From an uncultured Chloroflexia bacterium (GTDB lineage: Bacteria > Chloroflexota > Limnocylindria > Limnocylindrales > CSP1-4): a stretch of 64,000 nucleotides of DNA. The notes under the pieces are model-generated. The model was not told where the DNA came from. It did not search any database and saw nothing but the letters and a program-made list of their open reading frames with translations. Positions 29,075-38,653 of the stretch are shown here, in pieces (the first letter of the stretch is position 1; each line of letters begins with the position of its first letter). The stretch lies in NCBI GenBank assembly GCA_963727585.1, contig CAVSHH010000003.1, positions 2,218,772-2,282,771 of the forward strand, in the 5' to 3' direction. Position numbers and translations under genes: made by a program.

Positions 29075-30133
29075 TCACGGCACGGGCGGAATGGGCGACG
29101 AGGCGGGAATCGCCGCCTCGGGGTGGATGGTCGAGGCAAGGAGCTGGAGACCCAGGAACAGGCGCGGCCCGGGCCTGGTGATGAGGGTGTCCTCGATCGG
29201 CCGGATGTCGCCGTTCCTGACCGCGGTCATGGTGTCGAAGCCGGGTCGGGCAGCCACGTCCCCGGCCGTCACGCCATAGGCCGCATCGGCGAGGAGGATG
29301 ACCTCCGGGTCCGCGGCGACCAGGCGCTCGGCCGGGATGTCGTACGCGGTCGGGGAGCCGGTGGTGACGGGTTCGGCGCCGGCGAGACTGATCATCTCGG
29401 CCAGGAACGAGTCGTCGGCGGGACCGTAGTAGGCACCGGTGGCGTCGATCTCGTAGTACACGCGCGGCCGCGGCTGGCCATCCACCGCCGCTGCCACGGC
29501 CGCGAACTCGTCGCGCATCCGCTGGGCCATGGCGCTGCCCTCGTCCGGCCTGCCCACCGCCCGCCCGAGCAGCTCGATGTCGGTGAACACGCCCTCGACC
29601 GACGGCGCGTAGACCACGACCACCGGCACGCCCAGCTCCCGCAGCTTCTGGACCGCGTCGGGCGGGGTGCCGAAGTTGCCGCCCGCGATCACGAGGTCGG
29701 CCTTGGCGGCCACGATCTGCTCGATGTCGACCACGATCGCGCTGCCGTCGAACTTCTCGAGGTCCGGCACGTCGGCCGCCTCGGGCGGGTACAGGAAGAT
29801 GTCCTCGGACTTGCCGACCAGGCGCTCGCCGACACCGAGCGCGAACAGCGTCTCGGTGGCCGCGGGGGTGAGGGTGACGATCCGCTGCGGCTCGGCCGGG
29901 ATGGTAACGGCCGTGCCCTCGTCGTCGGTCAGCTCGAAGGGGAACAGCGCGGCCGGGGTGGGGGCCTCCGTCGGAGACGGGGTCGGGGATTCGCTGGCGA
30001 CCGCAATGGACGGGGGCACCGTGACGGGCTCGGGGCTGGACGTGGCCGCCGGGGCGCCCGAGCAGGCGGCCACGACGACGGCAAGGCCGATGCCGGCCAG
30101 GGACAGGATCGATCGGGAAGGACGTGCGTCCAC
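29075..30133 (-). CDS. ABC transporter periplasmic substrate-binding lipoprotein (BtuF/FecB class)
   Basis: Signal peptide with lipobox (LAVVVAACSG) and a class III SBP fold (RIVTLTPAATETLFALG ... DLVIAGG). GTG start at 30133. Confidence 0.85.
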   Translation of the reverse strand: MDARPSRSILSLAGIGLAVVVAACSGAPAATSSPEPVTVPPSIAVASESPTPSPTEAPTPAALFPFELTDDEGTAVTIPAEPQRIVTLTPAATETLFALGVGERLVGKSEDIFLYPPEAADVPDLEKFDGSAIVVDIEQIVAAKADLVIAGGNFGTPPDAVQKLRELGVPVVVVYAPSVEGVFTDIELLGRAVGRPDEGSAMAQRMRDEFAAVAAAVDGQPRPRVYYEIDATGAYYGPADDSFLAEMISLAGAEPVTTGSPTAYDIPAERLVAADPEVILLADAAYGVTAGDVAARPGFDTMTAVRNGDIRPIEDTLITRPGPRLFLGLQLLASTIHPEAAIPASSPIPPVP

Positions 30134-30270
30134 TCGGAACTCCAGGGTGTGTCTGGGTGAAACGAGACCCCTCGCTCGGGAGGAGCGGGGGGTCAGGCAG
30201 TGGATCGCACGCTGCGCCTGACCTTTCTCTCGAAGGCTCGAGCGGCGACGGCTGGTCGGCGACCGGACTT

Positions 30271-30293
30271 CCGCCCCCCGGGGGGGCGGTCAC
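30271..30293 (-). promoter_or_regulatory. very strong GC hairpin (CCGCCCCCCCC/GGGGGGGCGG) between the candidate riboswitch and the SBP start; possible expression-platform terminator or sequester helix
   Basis: Read directly: ccgccccccgggggggcgg. Confidence 0.4.
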
Positions 30294-30324
30294 CGTAGCG
30301 GGACTGTGCCGGACTCTCACCGGC

Positions 30325-30475
30325 TTCGCGACCGCGGCGTCGGATCTGCAGGGACCTGCGGTCCCGGCTGACGGGCGGAGCGTATCACTCCGGCCCACGT
30401 AAGCAGCAGGTAATTGGTCACCGCCACAGTGGCCACCTCGCCCTCCTCCCGCCGGACACCTGTTCCCACCCGCCG
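30325..30475 (-). ncRNA. candidate cobalamin (B12) riboswitch
   Basis: Minus-strand 5' leader of the BtuF-like operon contains, in order, GGGAAcaGGUG, GGCGGGAGGAGGGCG, GGUGGCCACUGUGG (the B12-box GCCACUG) and GUCAGCCGGGACCGCAGG, which resembles the AGYCAGGAGACCKGCC 3' element. A C8/G8 hairpin follows at about 30271-30293. Coordinates are approximate. Confidence 0.45.
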
Positions 30476-30491
30476 GAGGAGGAATCGGTCA

Positions 30492-31556
30492 ATGGAGCTC
30501 GCCAGCTGGATGGTGTCCGCGCCGCTCGTTCTCGCCATCTCGACATGGAGCCTCGGCCCGGCGGCGGGTGACCGCCCATGGGATCCGCCGTGGGATCCCC
30601 CGCCCTGCTCCGCAGCGACGACGGCCCCGGCCGGCGTCGGGTGGTACCGGCTGGACCCGGTGCTCGACGGGACCGGCACGCTTGCCGCCCGCCGGCTCGT
30701 GGTCGGCGTGGACGGGGCATCCCAAGGGTCGATGGACCTCGCCCCCGAGTCGTTCGCCTCGGGCCCGGTGAGCGGGCTCGTCCTGAGCGGCGAGGACGAT
30801 GGCTCGGTCTCGCGCCTGCGCCTGGTGGACGCCGCCCGCGGCTGTGCCGTGGCGATCGGCGAGGCGCCGGACGTGATCCGCAGTGCCGTCCTCGCCCCTG
30901 GCGCGGGCTACCTGTACGAGCACCGCGTGGATCGCGCCACCCGGGTGGACCTCGGAATCTGGCGACGCGAGATCGGGGGCGACGTCCGGCGGGTGCTCGC
31001 CGGGCTCGCGCCGGACCCGGTGCTCGGCCCGACCTTCGTGACCGACCTCGTCCTCGAGCCCGACGGGCGTCTCCTGGTCTCGTCGTGCGCCCAGCCAGCC
31101 TGTCGGGTGCGGCTCCTGGACCCGGAGGACGGCACGGTGACGATGGTGAAGCCGTCGGGACCTGCGCTCGGGGTGACCGGCGGAAGCCTGGTCGCCCGCG
31201 CCGCCTGCTTCGGCGACCCGTGCCCCGTTGACGCCATCGATCTTGCGTCCGGGCAGCGGCGCCGGCTCGCCACGGAGGCATATGCCGCGGCGCTCGGCGG
31301 CCCGGGCCGGGGCACGCTCCTGATCGAGACCGCCGGCCACCGGGTCGCAGCGATCGACGTCCGTTCCGGCCGGCGCACGGCCGAGGCTGCTTCCGCCGGC
31401 GTTCCGCTGCGCGCGGGATCGACCGCACCGGCCGGCGCAGAGGGCGCAGCCGGCACCGTGGTTCTCGCGCCGGGCGGGCGACCGGCAGCGCACACCCTGG
31501 TCCCGCTCGAGCCCGTCTCGCTCCGCCCGCCGGCCCGCCCGGAGGTCACCCGATGA
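30492..31556 (+). CDS. hypothetical secreted protein
   Basis: ATG preceded by GGAGGAGG. N-terminal signal peptide (MELASWMVSAPLVLAISTWSLGPAAG). No recognisable domain. Competing antisense ORFs lack signals. Confidence 0.5.
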   Translation: MELASWMVSAPLVLAISTWSLGPAAGDRPWDPPWDPPPCSAATTAPAGVGWYRLDPVLDGTGTLAARRLVVGVDGASQGSMDLAPESFASGPVSGLVLSGEDDGSVSRLRLVDAARGCAVAIGEAPDVIRSAVLAPGAGYLYEHRVDRATRVDLGIWRREIGGDVRRVLAGLAPDPVLGPTFVTDLVLEPDGRLLVSSCAQPACRVRLLDPEDGTVTMVKPSGPALGVTGGSLVARAACFGDPCPVDAIDLASGQRRRLATEAYAAALGGPGRGTLLIETAGHRVAAIDVRSGRRTAEAASAGVPLRAGSTAPAGAEGAAGTVVLAPGGRPAAHTLVPLEPVSLRPPARPEVTR

Positions 31557-32566
31557 TCCGCCTCGCCATCTGTGCTGCGCTTCTGCTCGCCGCCCTGGCC
31601 GCGGGACCGGTCTCGGCCGCCCCCACGCCGGACCCGTTCATGGGCCACCCGTTCAACCAGAACCAGGTGCTGACCTGGCGCTGGGGCGTCGGTGGCGCGC
31701 CACCGACGTCCATCAGGAACGCCATCAAGGCGGCCGTCGACGATGCCAACTCGACCCGTCAGAGCAGGGCCCCCACGTTCGCCAAGGCGAGCGGGGCGAG
31801 CAACACGATCTCGTACGGCGTCGAGGCGCCGTGCGGCACCAACGGCCTCGCCTGCTTCCGGCGGGACGCGCCCGACTGGTTCTCGGTCCACCTGCGCGAG
31901 AACGGGCACCGCTACGACTGGGGGACGCTCCGCTGGTGCGAGGCGACCGGCCGCCCCAAGGGCTGCTACGACGCGGAGAACATCACCCTCGACGAGCTGG
32001 GCCACGTGTTCGGCCTGGACCACCACGTGAACAAGCCCGACGACTCCGACTACGGCGACGCGGTCGTCCAGACCTACTCGCGGGTCAAGCCGCAGCCCTA
32101 CTACAACGCGCACGCGCTGGCACGCTGCGACGTGGCGACCCTTCAGCAGGTCTACGACGTCGCGAATACCACCATGCGCTACAGCACCTGCCTCGATGTC
32201 CCAACCGAGCTGGAGCTGGCCGCCTCCTCCGGATCGGCCTACTACGGCTCCACCGTCACCTTCACTGCCACCCTGATGTCGGACGGGACCGGGAAGCTGT
32301 CCAACAACAGGATCTCGGGGCGGACCGTGGTCCTCCAGCGGCGGTCGTCGTCGGGCTGGACCGATATCGCCACCATGGCGCCCGGTTCCACCAACGGCAC
32401 CTACCTGGCGGGGATCGAGATGCTGTCCAGCGCCGACTGGCGGGCCCGGTTCCGGGCCCCGTCCAACGAGGGACTGCGCGCCTCGTCGTCTGGCGCCATC
32501 GGGATCGCCGTATCCCTCAACTGCGTCAGCGCGCGCTGCCAGCTGACCCAGCCGGGAGCGGAATGA
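31553..32566 (+). CDS. secreted protein with a metzincin-like variant motif (DExxHxxGxxH)
   Basis: ATGA overlap with the upstream gene. Signal peptide (MIRLAICAALLLAALAAGPVSA). Contains ITLDELGHVFGLDHH, which resembles the snapalysin/metzincin HExxHxxGxxH motif with the first His replaced by Asp. Confidence 0.55.
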   Translation: MIRLAICAALLLAALAAGPVSAAPTPDPFMGHPFNQNQVLTWRWGVGGAPPTSIRNAIKAAVDDANSTRQSRAPTFAKASGASNTISYGVEAPCGTNGLACFRRDAPDWFSVHLRENGHRYDWGTLRWCEATGRPKGCYDAENITLDELGHVFGLDHHVNKPDDSDYGDAVVQTYSRVKPQPYYNAHALARCDVATLQQVYDVANTTMRYSTCLDVPTELELAASSGSAYYGSTVTFTATLMSDGTGKLSNNRISGRTVVLQRRSSSGWTDIATMAPGSTNGTYLAGIEMLSSADWRARFRAPSNEGLRASSSGAIGIAVSLNCVSARCQLTQPGAE

Positions 32567-32595
32567 TGCGCCCCGGCCCTCTCGGGAGGTTGTCG

Positions 32596-33186
32596 ATGCC
32601 CACGTCGTTCCCGGGCCCGCTCCGGGCCGGGTCGTTCCTGCTCGCGCTCGTGGTGGCCGGGTGCAGCGGCGGCCCGTCGGGCAGCTCCGGCACGGCCGGC
32701 GGCGCTACCGATCCGCCTTCGGCCACGCCGGCTGCGTCAGCCGTCCAATCGCCGCCGGCATCACCTCTCGCGACGGCGTCGTCCACGCCGCGCTCGAGCA
32801 TCGTCGCGGTTCCCCCGGCACCGCCGGCGGCCAGCCTGGCGGCGGACGGCGGCGACCCGGTTCCGGGCGACCTCGGCAGCTACACCTGGCGCGGCGGCGG
32901 GTCCGACGCCCCGTGGATCATCGTCCCCGCCCGGCGGGCCGCGCGGTCCGGGCCGCCGTACCGGATCGACCTTGATCCCCCGCTGGTGCCCGTCACCTGG
33001 AGGGTGGTCTGGGCACCGATCGAGAACGGCCTGGCGGGCCAGATCCAAGGCCACGAGCAGGGAACCGGCACCGGGATCATGTTGACGGGCCCGCGGGGAC
33101 CCGGGCCGTGGTCGCTGCGGCTCGAGGTGGACTTCGGACCCGCCGGGCGCGCGACATGGTACTGGCGCCTTGCCCCGGCCACCTGA
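32596..33186 (+). CDS. putative lipoprotein
   Basis: GGGAGG Shine-Dalgarno 8 nt upstream of the ATG. Lipobox LALVVAGCSG, then a Ser/Pro/Ala-rich linker. Confidence 0.55.
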   Translation: MPTSFPGPLRAGSFLLALVVAGCSGGPSGSSGTAGGATDPPSATPAASAVQSPPASPLATASSTPRSSIVAVPPAPPAASLAADGGDPVPGDLGSYTWRGGGSDAPWIIVPARRAARSGPPYRIDLDPPLVPVTWRVVWAPIENGLAGQIQGHEQGTGTGIMLTGPRGPGPWSLRLEVDFGPAGRATWYWRLAPAT

Positions 33187-33249
33187 TGCCGGACGCGGCG
33201 ACGCCGCCGGACGGTCCGGCGGCGTCGGTCCGGCGGGCGGGGTCGCGGG

Positions 33250-33528
33250 TCAGGCGATGGCGCCCACCGCCGGGGCGTCGAAGATGGAGACCTGCGCCTC
33301 CTCGGGAAGCATCACGCCGAAGACCTTCTGGAGCGCGAGCAGGTGCACACACGAACCCCAACTCTCGAAGTAGTGACACGTGCAGTGCCACTGGCCGGCA
33401 TCGAGGCTGACGTGGTGGGTGTCGTTGTCACCACGGAACGTCAGGGCGACCCGCTCGAGCGAGATGCGGTCCAGCTCACGAGCGTAGCGATTCGCCTTCT
33501 CGACCTTGCCGATGAGAGAGGAGTGCAT
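33250..33528 (-). CDS. small SWIM zinc-finger domain protein (92 aa)
   Basis: CxCx(8)CxH pattern (QWHCTCHYFESWGSCVHLLALQ) matches the SWIM zinc-finger signature. Confidence 0.5.
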   Translation of the reverse strand: MHSSLIGKVEKANRYARELDRISLERVALTFRGDNDTHHVSLDAGQWHCTCHYFESWGSCVHLLALQKVFGVMLPEEAQVSIFDAPAVGAIA

Positions 33529-33740
33529 CGCCGATCAACCTCCAGTCGCCCCTCGCAACGGGGGCGTCCACGAGAGCCGCCGTCCGGTCGGATCCGCGGA
33601 CCGGTGATGGCGGTCGCAGGGCAAGCCTACACCCGCGAGAGGACCCGGGTCAGCCCCGGTTTTCGCGGTCGATCGGGCACATGGTCGCCGACCGGCACCG
33701 TCTCCGCTCGGGCACCGGCGATGAGCCCGATCCACCGCTA

Positions 33741-34523
33741 TCAGCAGCCATCCGCCCGACGAGACTCGACCTCGGCGAGCGCCTGGGCCGCAAGCCGCAC
33801 CGACACGACCCTCCAGGAGCCAGCCTCGAGGCGGAGCCCGAGGGCGACGTCGGCCACGGTGCCCGGACCATACGAGACGCCGGCGGCGAGGCAGACGAGG
33901 CCGGGGGACGGCTCCTTCACGAACGTGCACGAGCCCGCGGAGCAGTCCTGCAACGGGGCCACGTCGACATGGGGCTGCCCGATCCGCTCCAGGCCGAAGG
34001 CGGCGGGGTCGTCGAACACAGCGGCCTGGATGGCGGGCACCATCGCCTCGTCCAGCGGGTAGCCGGAGCCGCCCGCCACCTCGACCTCGTCCGGGTGGGC
34101 CGGCCATTCTCCCTGCGGGCCTGCCAGAACCGAGGCGCAGGTTCCGAAGGTGTCGTGCAGGTCCCGCGTGTAGTAGTCGTGAGCCTGGTCGTCCAGGTAG
34201 GCTCCCGTGGCTGCAACCCGCCATGTCGGGCGCGAGACGTCCACTGCCAGGATGAGCGTGGACCCGTCGGCCGCCGTCAGCTCGAGGCACACGTCTCCGC
34301 TGCCCGCCTGGACCTTGCGCACGGCAAAGGGCGGCCTGCCCGGGCCGGTCCACTCGGGGTGCGCGGCCACGTCGGCCAATGGTGCGGCGAGCCGTGGGTC
34401 GAGCGCTGTCGAGGGGATGGGGGTTGGTAGCGGCGTGACGACAGGCACCGGTTCGGAGGGCAGAGCGCACGCGGCGACCATCATGGCCACCGCGAGCATG
34501 CGGCCCGGGGCCGTCTTGACCAT
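33741..34523 (-). CDS. hypothetical secreted protein / lipoprotein
   Basis: Internal ATG at 34523 with a GAGGGGGAAG Shine-Dalgarno. Signal peptide (MVKTAPGRMLAVAMMVAACALP). Confidence 0.5.
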   Translation of the reverse strand: MVKTAPGRMLAVAMMVAACALPSEPVPVVTPLPTPIPSTALDPRLAAPLADVAAHPEWTGPGRPPFAVRKVQAGSGDVCLELTAADGSTLILAVDVSRPTWRVAATGAYLDDQAHDYYTRDLHDTFGTCASVLAGPQGEWPAHPDEVEVAGGSGYPLDEAMVPAIQAAVFDDPAAFGLERIGQPHVDVAPLQDCSAGSCTFVKEPSPGLVCLAAGVSYGPGTVADVALGLRLEAGSWRVVSVRLAAQALAEVESRRADGC

Positions 34524-34543
34524 GCTTCCCCCTCGATCAGGCG

Positions 34544-36001
34544 TCAGCTGCCGCGGACGATGCGTTCTCCGGTCACCACCAGCTCGTCGCGCAGCTCGGG
34601 CGAGCTCGCCTCGGTGTAGACGCGGACGAGCGGCTCGGTGCCGGAGGCGCGCACGAGGAGCCAGGATCCGTCGCCGAGGAACCACTTGATGCCGTCCCCG
34701 GTGGACAGGACCTGCGTCCGCGCGATCGGCAGCCCGACGAGCCCCGTGGGCGGCGTGGCCGCCAGCTCCACCAGCAGGCGTTGCTTGACGCCCTCGTACT
34801 GCGGACGCTCGATGCGGACGTCGATCCGGCGGTAGAAGGACGGGCCGGCCAGCTCGTGGAACCGGCGGACGGCCTCCGACACCGGCCAGGTCCCGCGCTC
34901 ACGCTCGCGCAGGAACAGGTCGAGCAGCAGCAGGTCGGCGTAGATCCCGTCGCGCTCGGGCAGGTGCATCCCGAACCCGAATCCACCCGACTCCTCGGCG
35001 CCCATCATCGCGCCGGTCTCGATCATCCGGGGACCGATGAACTTGAAGCCCACCGGGACCTCGTGGGTCTCGATTCCGTAGTGCGCCCCGAGCGTGGCTG
35101 CGGTCGAGGTGTTGTTGACGCTGACCACGACCGGCTCGCGCATGCCACGGTGTTCGGCGAGGTAGTACATCAGCAGCCCGGTGACCTCGAGCTGGTGGAG
35201 GAACTCCCCGCGCTCGTCGGCGGCGCCCGCGCGATCCGCGTCGCCGTCGAGCAGCAGGCCCAGGTCGTAGTCGCCGGCGGCGATGGCCGCCAATGCCTGG
35301 TCGACGTGGGGCCGGATGGGCTCCGGATTGAGCCCTCCGAAGTACGGGTTGCGCTCGCCGTGGATCTCGGTCACCCGGATCCTGCCGCCCGCCAGCAGGC
35401 GAGGGATCCAGCCCGAGCCCGAACCGTAGAGGGGCTCGACGAGCACGGACACGTCGGCGTCCCTGAGGGCATCGAGATCGATCGTGCGGCGAGCGTAGGC
35501 CTGGTAGCCATCGAACGGGTCGAACCACTCCACGAGGCCGGCCGCCTCGGCGTCGGCGAGCGGCCGCCGCTCGATCTCCTGCCCGGCGTTGGCGACGATC
35601 CCCGCTTCCACAGCTCCCAGCATCTCGGCGCCCGCCGCCGCCCCCGTCGGGGCCTTGACCTTGAACCCATTGTCGGTCCACGGGTTGTGGGACGCGGTGA
35701 TCACCACCCCCGCGGCCGCCCCTCGAGCGACCACCTCGTAGGAGCTCATCTGGGTGGGCACGGCGGTCCGGCTGATGGCCACCGGGATATCGTTGGCGAG
35801 CAGGACCTCGGCCGCGGCCGCGGCGAAGTGCTCCGAGGCGAACCGCCGGTCGTAGGCCAGCACCACGCCCTTTGCCTGCTCGCCGCGATCCGCCACGTAG
35901 CGGGCCACCCCGTCCGCGCAGCGGCGGACGTTGTGGAACGTGTAGTCGTCCGCGACCCGGGCGCGCCAGCCGTCGGTCCCGAACACGATCCGGGTGGGCA
36001 T
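34544..36001 (-). CDS. phosphomannomutase/phosphoglucomutase (alpha-D-phosphohexomutase family)
   Basis: Active-site motifs are present: TASHNP (phosphoserine loop), DGDADR (metal-binding loop) and GEESGG (sugar-binding loop). ATG at 36001. Confidence 0.85.
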   Translation of the reverse strand: MPTRIVFGTDGWRARVADDYTFHNVRRCADGVARYVADRGEQAKGVVLAYDRRFASEHFAAAAAEVLLANDIPVAISRTAVPTQMSSYEVVARGAAAGVVITASHNPWTDNGFKVKAPTGAAAGAEMLGAVEAGIVANAGQEIERRPLADAEAAGLVEWFDPFDGYQAYARRTIDLDALRDADVSVLVEPLYGSGSGWIPRLLAGGRIRVTEIHGERNPYFGGLNPEPIRPHVDQALAAIAAGDYDLGLLLDGDADRAGAADERGEFLHQLEVTGLLMYYLAEHRGMREPVVVSVNNTSTAATLGAHYGIETHEVPVGFKFIGPRMIETGAMMGAEESGGFGFGMHLPERDGIYADLLLLDLFLRERERGTWPVSEAVRRFHELAGPSFYRRIDVRIERPQYEGVKQRLLVELAATPPTGLVGLPIARTQVLSTGDGIKWFLGDGSWLLVRASGTEPLVRVYTEASSPELRDELVVTGERIVRGS

Positions 36002-36021
36002 GGGCGTTTCCGACACGTTGG

Positions 36022-37107
36022 TCACGGCTGGGTCTCCCGTTGGGCGCACCGGTCGACGAGCGCCTGCAGGATGGGTCGGGCGTCTCGAGCCCCCCGCAGG
36101 TGGGCGACCGGCTGGTCAGGCACGATCGTACCGCCCCGCGGCCCGGCCACGACGAGCCCCGACGCCCGGCGCTCGAGGACGAGGTCGTGCTCGCGCACGT
36201 CGAACGGGACGCCGGCCTCCACGACACCACCCTCGACACCGGGGGCGCCGAGCACCTCGAGCAGCACCGGCCACGACCCGATGTCGGTCCACCCCACGTC
36301 CATCGTCGCCATGGCCACCTGCCCGGCCAATGCGGCGGGCTCCAGGACGGCGTAGTCGATGGACCGCGGCCGGATGTCCCCGTAGGCGTCGGCGAGGTCG
36401 CCGCCGGCGAGTCCGCGAGCCACCGCCCCGGCGACATCGGGCGCGAACAGCTGGAGCGCATCCCGGATCGCACGGCGACGCCACAGGAACATGCCCGCGT
36501 TCCAGGCGACCCCCGGCATCAGCCGCAGCGCCCCGGCGCGGGCCGCATCGGGCTTCTCCTCGAATGCCTCGAGCGGATAGGCGTCGAGCCCCCGGACCGT
36601 CTCGCGACGCGCCAGCACAGGGCGCAGGTAGCCGTACCCGGTGGCCGGATGGGTCGGCTGGATCCCCAGCGTGACCAGGGGACTGTCGATCCCGAAGCGA
36701 CCCGTGGCCAGCTGGTCGGCAGCCGTCCGCAGGACCGTGCGGAAGCTGCCCTCCCGATCGGGGTCGATCCGGTGATCCGCGGGCAGCACCACCATGACCT
36801 CGTCATCGTCACGGTCGATCGCCAGCGCGGCCAGCGCGATGGCCGCCGCCGTGTTGCGGCCCACGGGCTCGACCACCACGGCAGCGTCCGGGACCTGTTC
36901 CTGGACCAGCGACTCGTAGGCCGCCGACGCCACCACCGAGACGGCACCCGGCGCCAGGCCGAGCTCTGGACCGGCCAACCGCCGCACCGTCCGCTGGATG
37001 AGCGTCTCGCCGGTGGGCAGCAGGGGCAGGAACGGCTTGGGCCGGGCGGTGGTGCTCAGCGGCCGAAGCCGGGTACCACCGCCGCCGGCCATGATCACGA
37101 CGTACAT
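36022..37107 (-). CDS. manC: mannose-1-phosphate guanylyltransferase (GDP-mannose pyrophosphorylase)
   Basis: Nucleotidyltransferase N-terminus (VIMAGGGGTRLRPLS ... KPF) and a C-terminal left-handed beta-helix. Directly upstream of the phosphomannomutase gene. Confidence 0.75.
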   Translation of the reverse strand: MYVVIMAGGGGTRLRPLSTTARPKPFLPLLPTGETLIQRTVRRLAGPELGLAPGAVSVVASAAYESLVQEQVPDAAVVVEPVGRNTAAAIALAALAIDRDDDEVMVVLPADHRIDPDREGSFRTVLRTAADQLATGRFGIDSPLVTLGIQPTHPATGYGYLRPVLARRETVRGLDAYPLEAFEEKPDAARAGALRLMPGVAWNAGMFLWRRRAIRDALQLFAPDVAGAVARGLAGGDLADAYGDIRPRSIDYAVLEPAALAGQVAMATMDVGWTDIGSWPVLLEVLGAPGVEGGVVEAGVPFDVREHDLVLERRASGLVVAGPRGGTIVPDQPVAHLRGARDARPILQALVDRCAQRETQP

Positions 37108-37358
37108 CGGAGCATTCTAGGAGCCGGTGAGGCGGGATCCCGTGCCGCATCGCGAAACGCGGGCCGCGAGTGTCCGCCCGGCTGGGCGGGGCGCGCCCGT
37201 GGATGCCGACATGCTCCGCGATATTCGCACCGCAACCACCCACTCCACGACGAACTTCGCATGTTGAGCGCACCGGCGCGTTGACGTACCGGGTGCCGCA
37301 CGCCTACCATCCGCCCACGCCGTGGCAAGGCGCGCCCCCAGGAGCCGAGGACCACCGC

Positions 37359-38597
37359 TTGACGACACCGGCGACCCCCGACACCCCCCGCGGGTATCAC
37401 GAGCACCTGCCGGACGCCGTCGCCCCCGCGGCCCACCCCGAGACGCTGCGGCACCCCGCTGGCGTCCACGCCGATCACGACGGCACCCCCGACGTCGACA
37501 TCGTCGACGTGACCAAGCGCTTCAGCGACGTGGTCGCCGTCGACCGCATGCGCCTCTCGGTCGCGAGCGGTTCGTTCTACTCCTTCCTGGGGCCTTCGGG
37601 CTGCGGCAAGACGACGACGCTGCGCATGATCGCCGGGTTCGAGCAGCCCACCGCGGGCCAGATCTACCTCGCGGGCGAGGCGGTGGCGGGCGTTCCGCCG
37701 TACCGCCGTCACGTGAACACGGTGTTCCAGCACTACGCGCTGTTCCCGCACATGGACGTGGCCCGCAACGTCGGGTATGGCCTGCGCCAGCAGAAGGTCT
37801 CCAAGGCCGACGAGGCGCGGCGCGTGGGCGAGACGCTGGAACTGGTCCGCCTGAGCGGCTACGAACGGCGACGCACCTGGGAGCTGTCGGGCGGCCAGCA
37901 GCAGCGCGTGGCGCTGGCCCGCGCGCTCGTCAACCATCCCACCGTGCTGCTCCTCGACGAGCCGCTGGGGGCCCTCGACCTCAAGCTGCGCAAGGAGATG
38001 CAGCTCGAGCTCAAGGCGCTCCAGCAGGAGGTCGGGATCACGTTCGTGTACGTGACCCATGACCAGGAGGAGGCGCTGACCATGAGCGACGTCATCGTCG
38101 TCATGCAGCAGGGACGGATCCAGCAGCAGGGGAGTCCGGCCGAGCTCTACGAGCGGCCGGTGAACCGGTTCGTCGCCGACTTCATCGGCGTCTCGAACCC
38201 CATCGACGGAACACTCCTGGAGCACGACCCCACCACCGGCCGGGCCGTGGTGGAGAGTGATCGGGGGATCAAGCTGGTCGGCACCGTGACCGACCCGGAT
38301 GCCCGGCCCGCCGTCGGGCAGCACGTCGTCGTCGCGATCCGGCCGGAACGAATGCAGGTGGAGCCGGCCGATCCGGCGGCCGACCCCGCACCCGGCTGGT
38401 ACGGCCTCGAGGGACGTGTCCGGCAGGGCACGTACCTCGGTGAGCAGACCGAGTTCCGGATCGTCACCGAGCAGGCGGGCGAGGTGATCGTCCGTCGTCA
38501 GAACGCCGATGGGACGGCAGGGATGTCGGGGATCGGCCCCGGCGGCCGCGTCGCCATCCGCTGGGAGGAGTCGGCCAACCTGATCCTCGTGGCCTGA
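37359..38597 (+). CDS. potA: spermidine/putrescine ABC transporter ATP-binding protein
   Basis: Walker A (GPSGCGKTT), LSGGQQQRVALARAL, LLLDEP and a C-terminal TOBE domain. The start is uncertain: an in-frame TTG at 37359 is assumed, and there is no ATG upstream of the ABC core. Confidence 0.8.
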   Translation: MTTPATPDTPRGYHEHLPDAVAPAAHPETLRHPAGVHADHDGTPDVDIVDVTKRFSDVVAVDRMRLSVASGSFYSFLGPSGCGKTTTLRMIAGFEQPTAGQIYLAGEAVAGVPPYRRHVNTVFQHYALFPHMDVARNVGYGLRQQKVSKADEARRVGETLELVRLSGYERRRTWELSGGQQQRVALARALVNHPTVLLLDEPLGALDLKLRKEMQLELKALQQEVGITFVYVTHDQEEALTMSDVIVVMQQGRIQQQGSPAELYERPVNRFVADFIGVSNPIDGTLLEHDPTTGRAVVESDRGIKLVGTVTDPDARPAVGQHVVVAIRPERMQVEPADPAADPAPGWYGLEGRVRQGTYLGEQTEFRIVTEQAGEVIVRRQNADGTAGMSGIGPGGRVAIRWEESANLILVA

Positions 38598-38653
38598 CTG
38601 ATCGCAGTCGCCTGACGCATCCCGTCACGCGCCCCACACCTGGAGGAGAGACC

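Noticed and set aside
30418-31493. Minus-strand ORFs 30418-31428 and 30489-31493 overlapping the secreted-protein gene
   Set aside because: Arg/Pro-rich shadow frames. The plus-strand gene has a Shine-Dalgarno, a signal peptide and ATGA coupling to the next gene.
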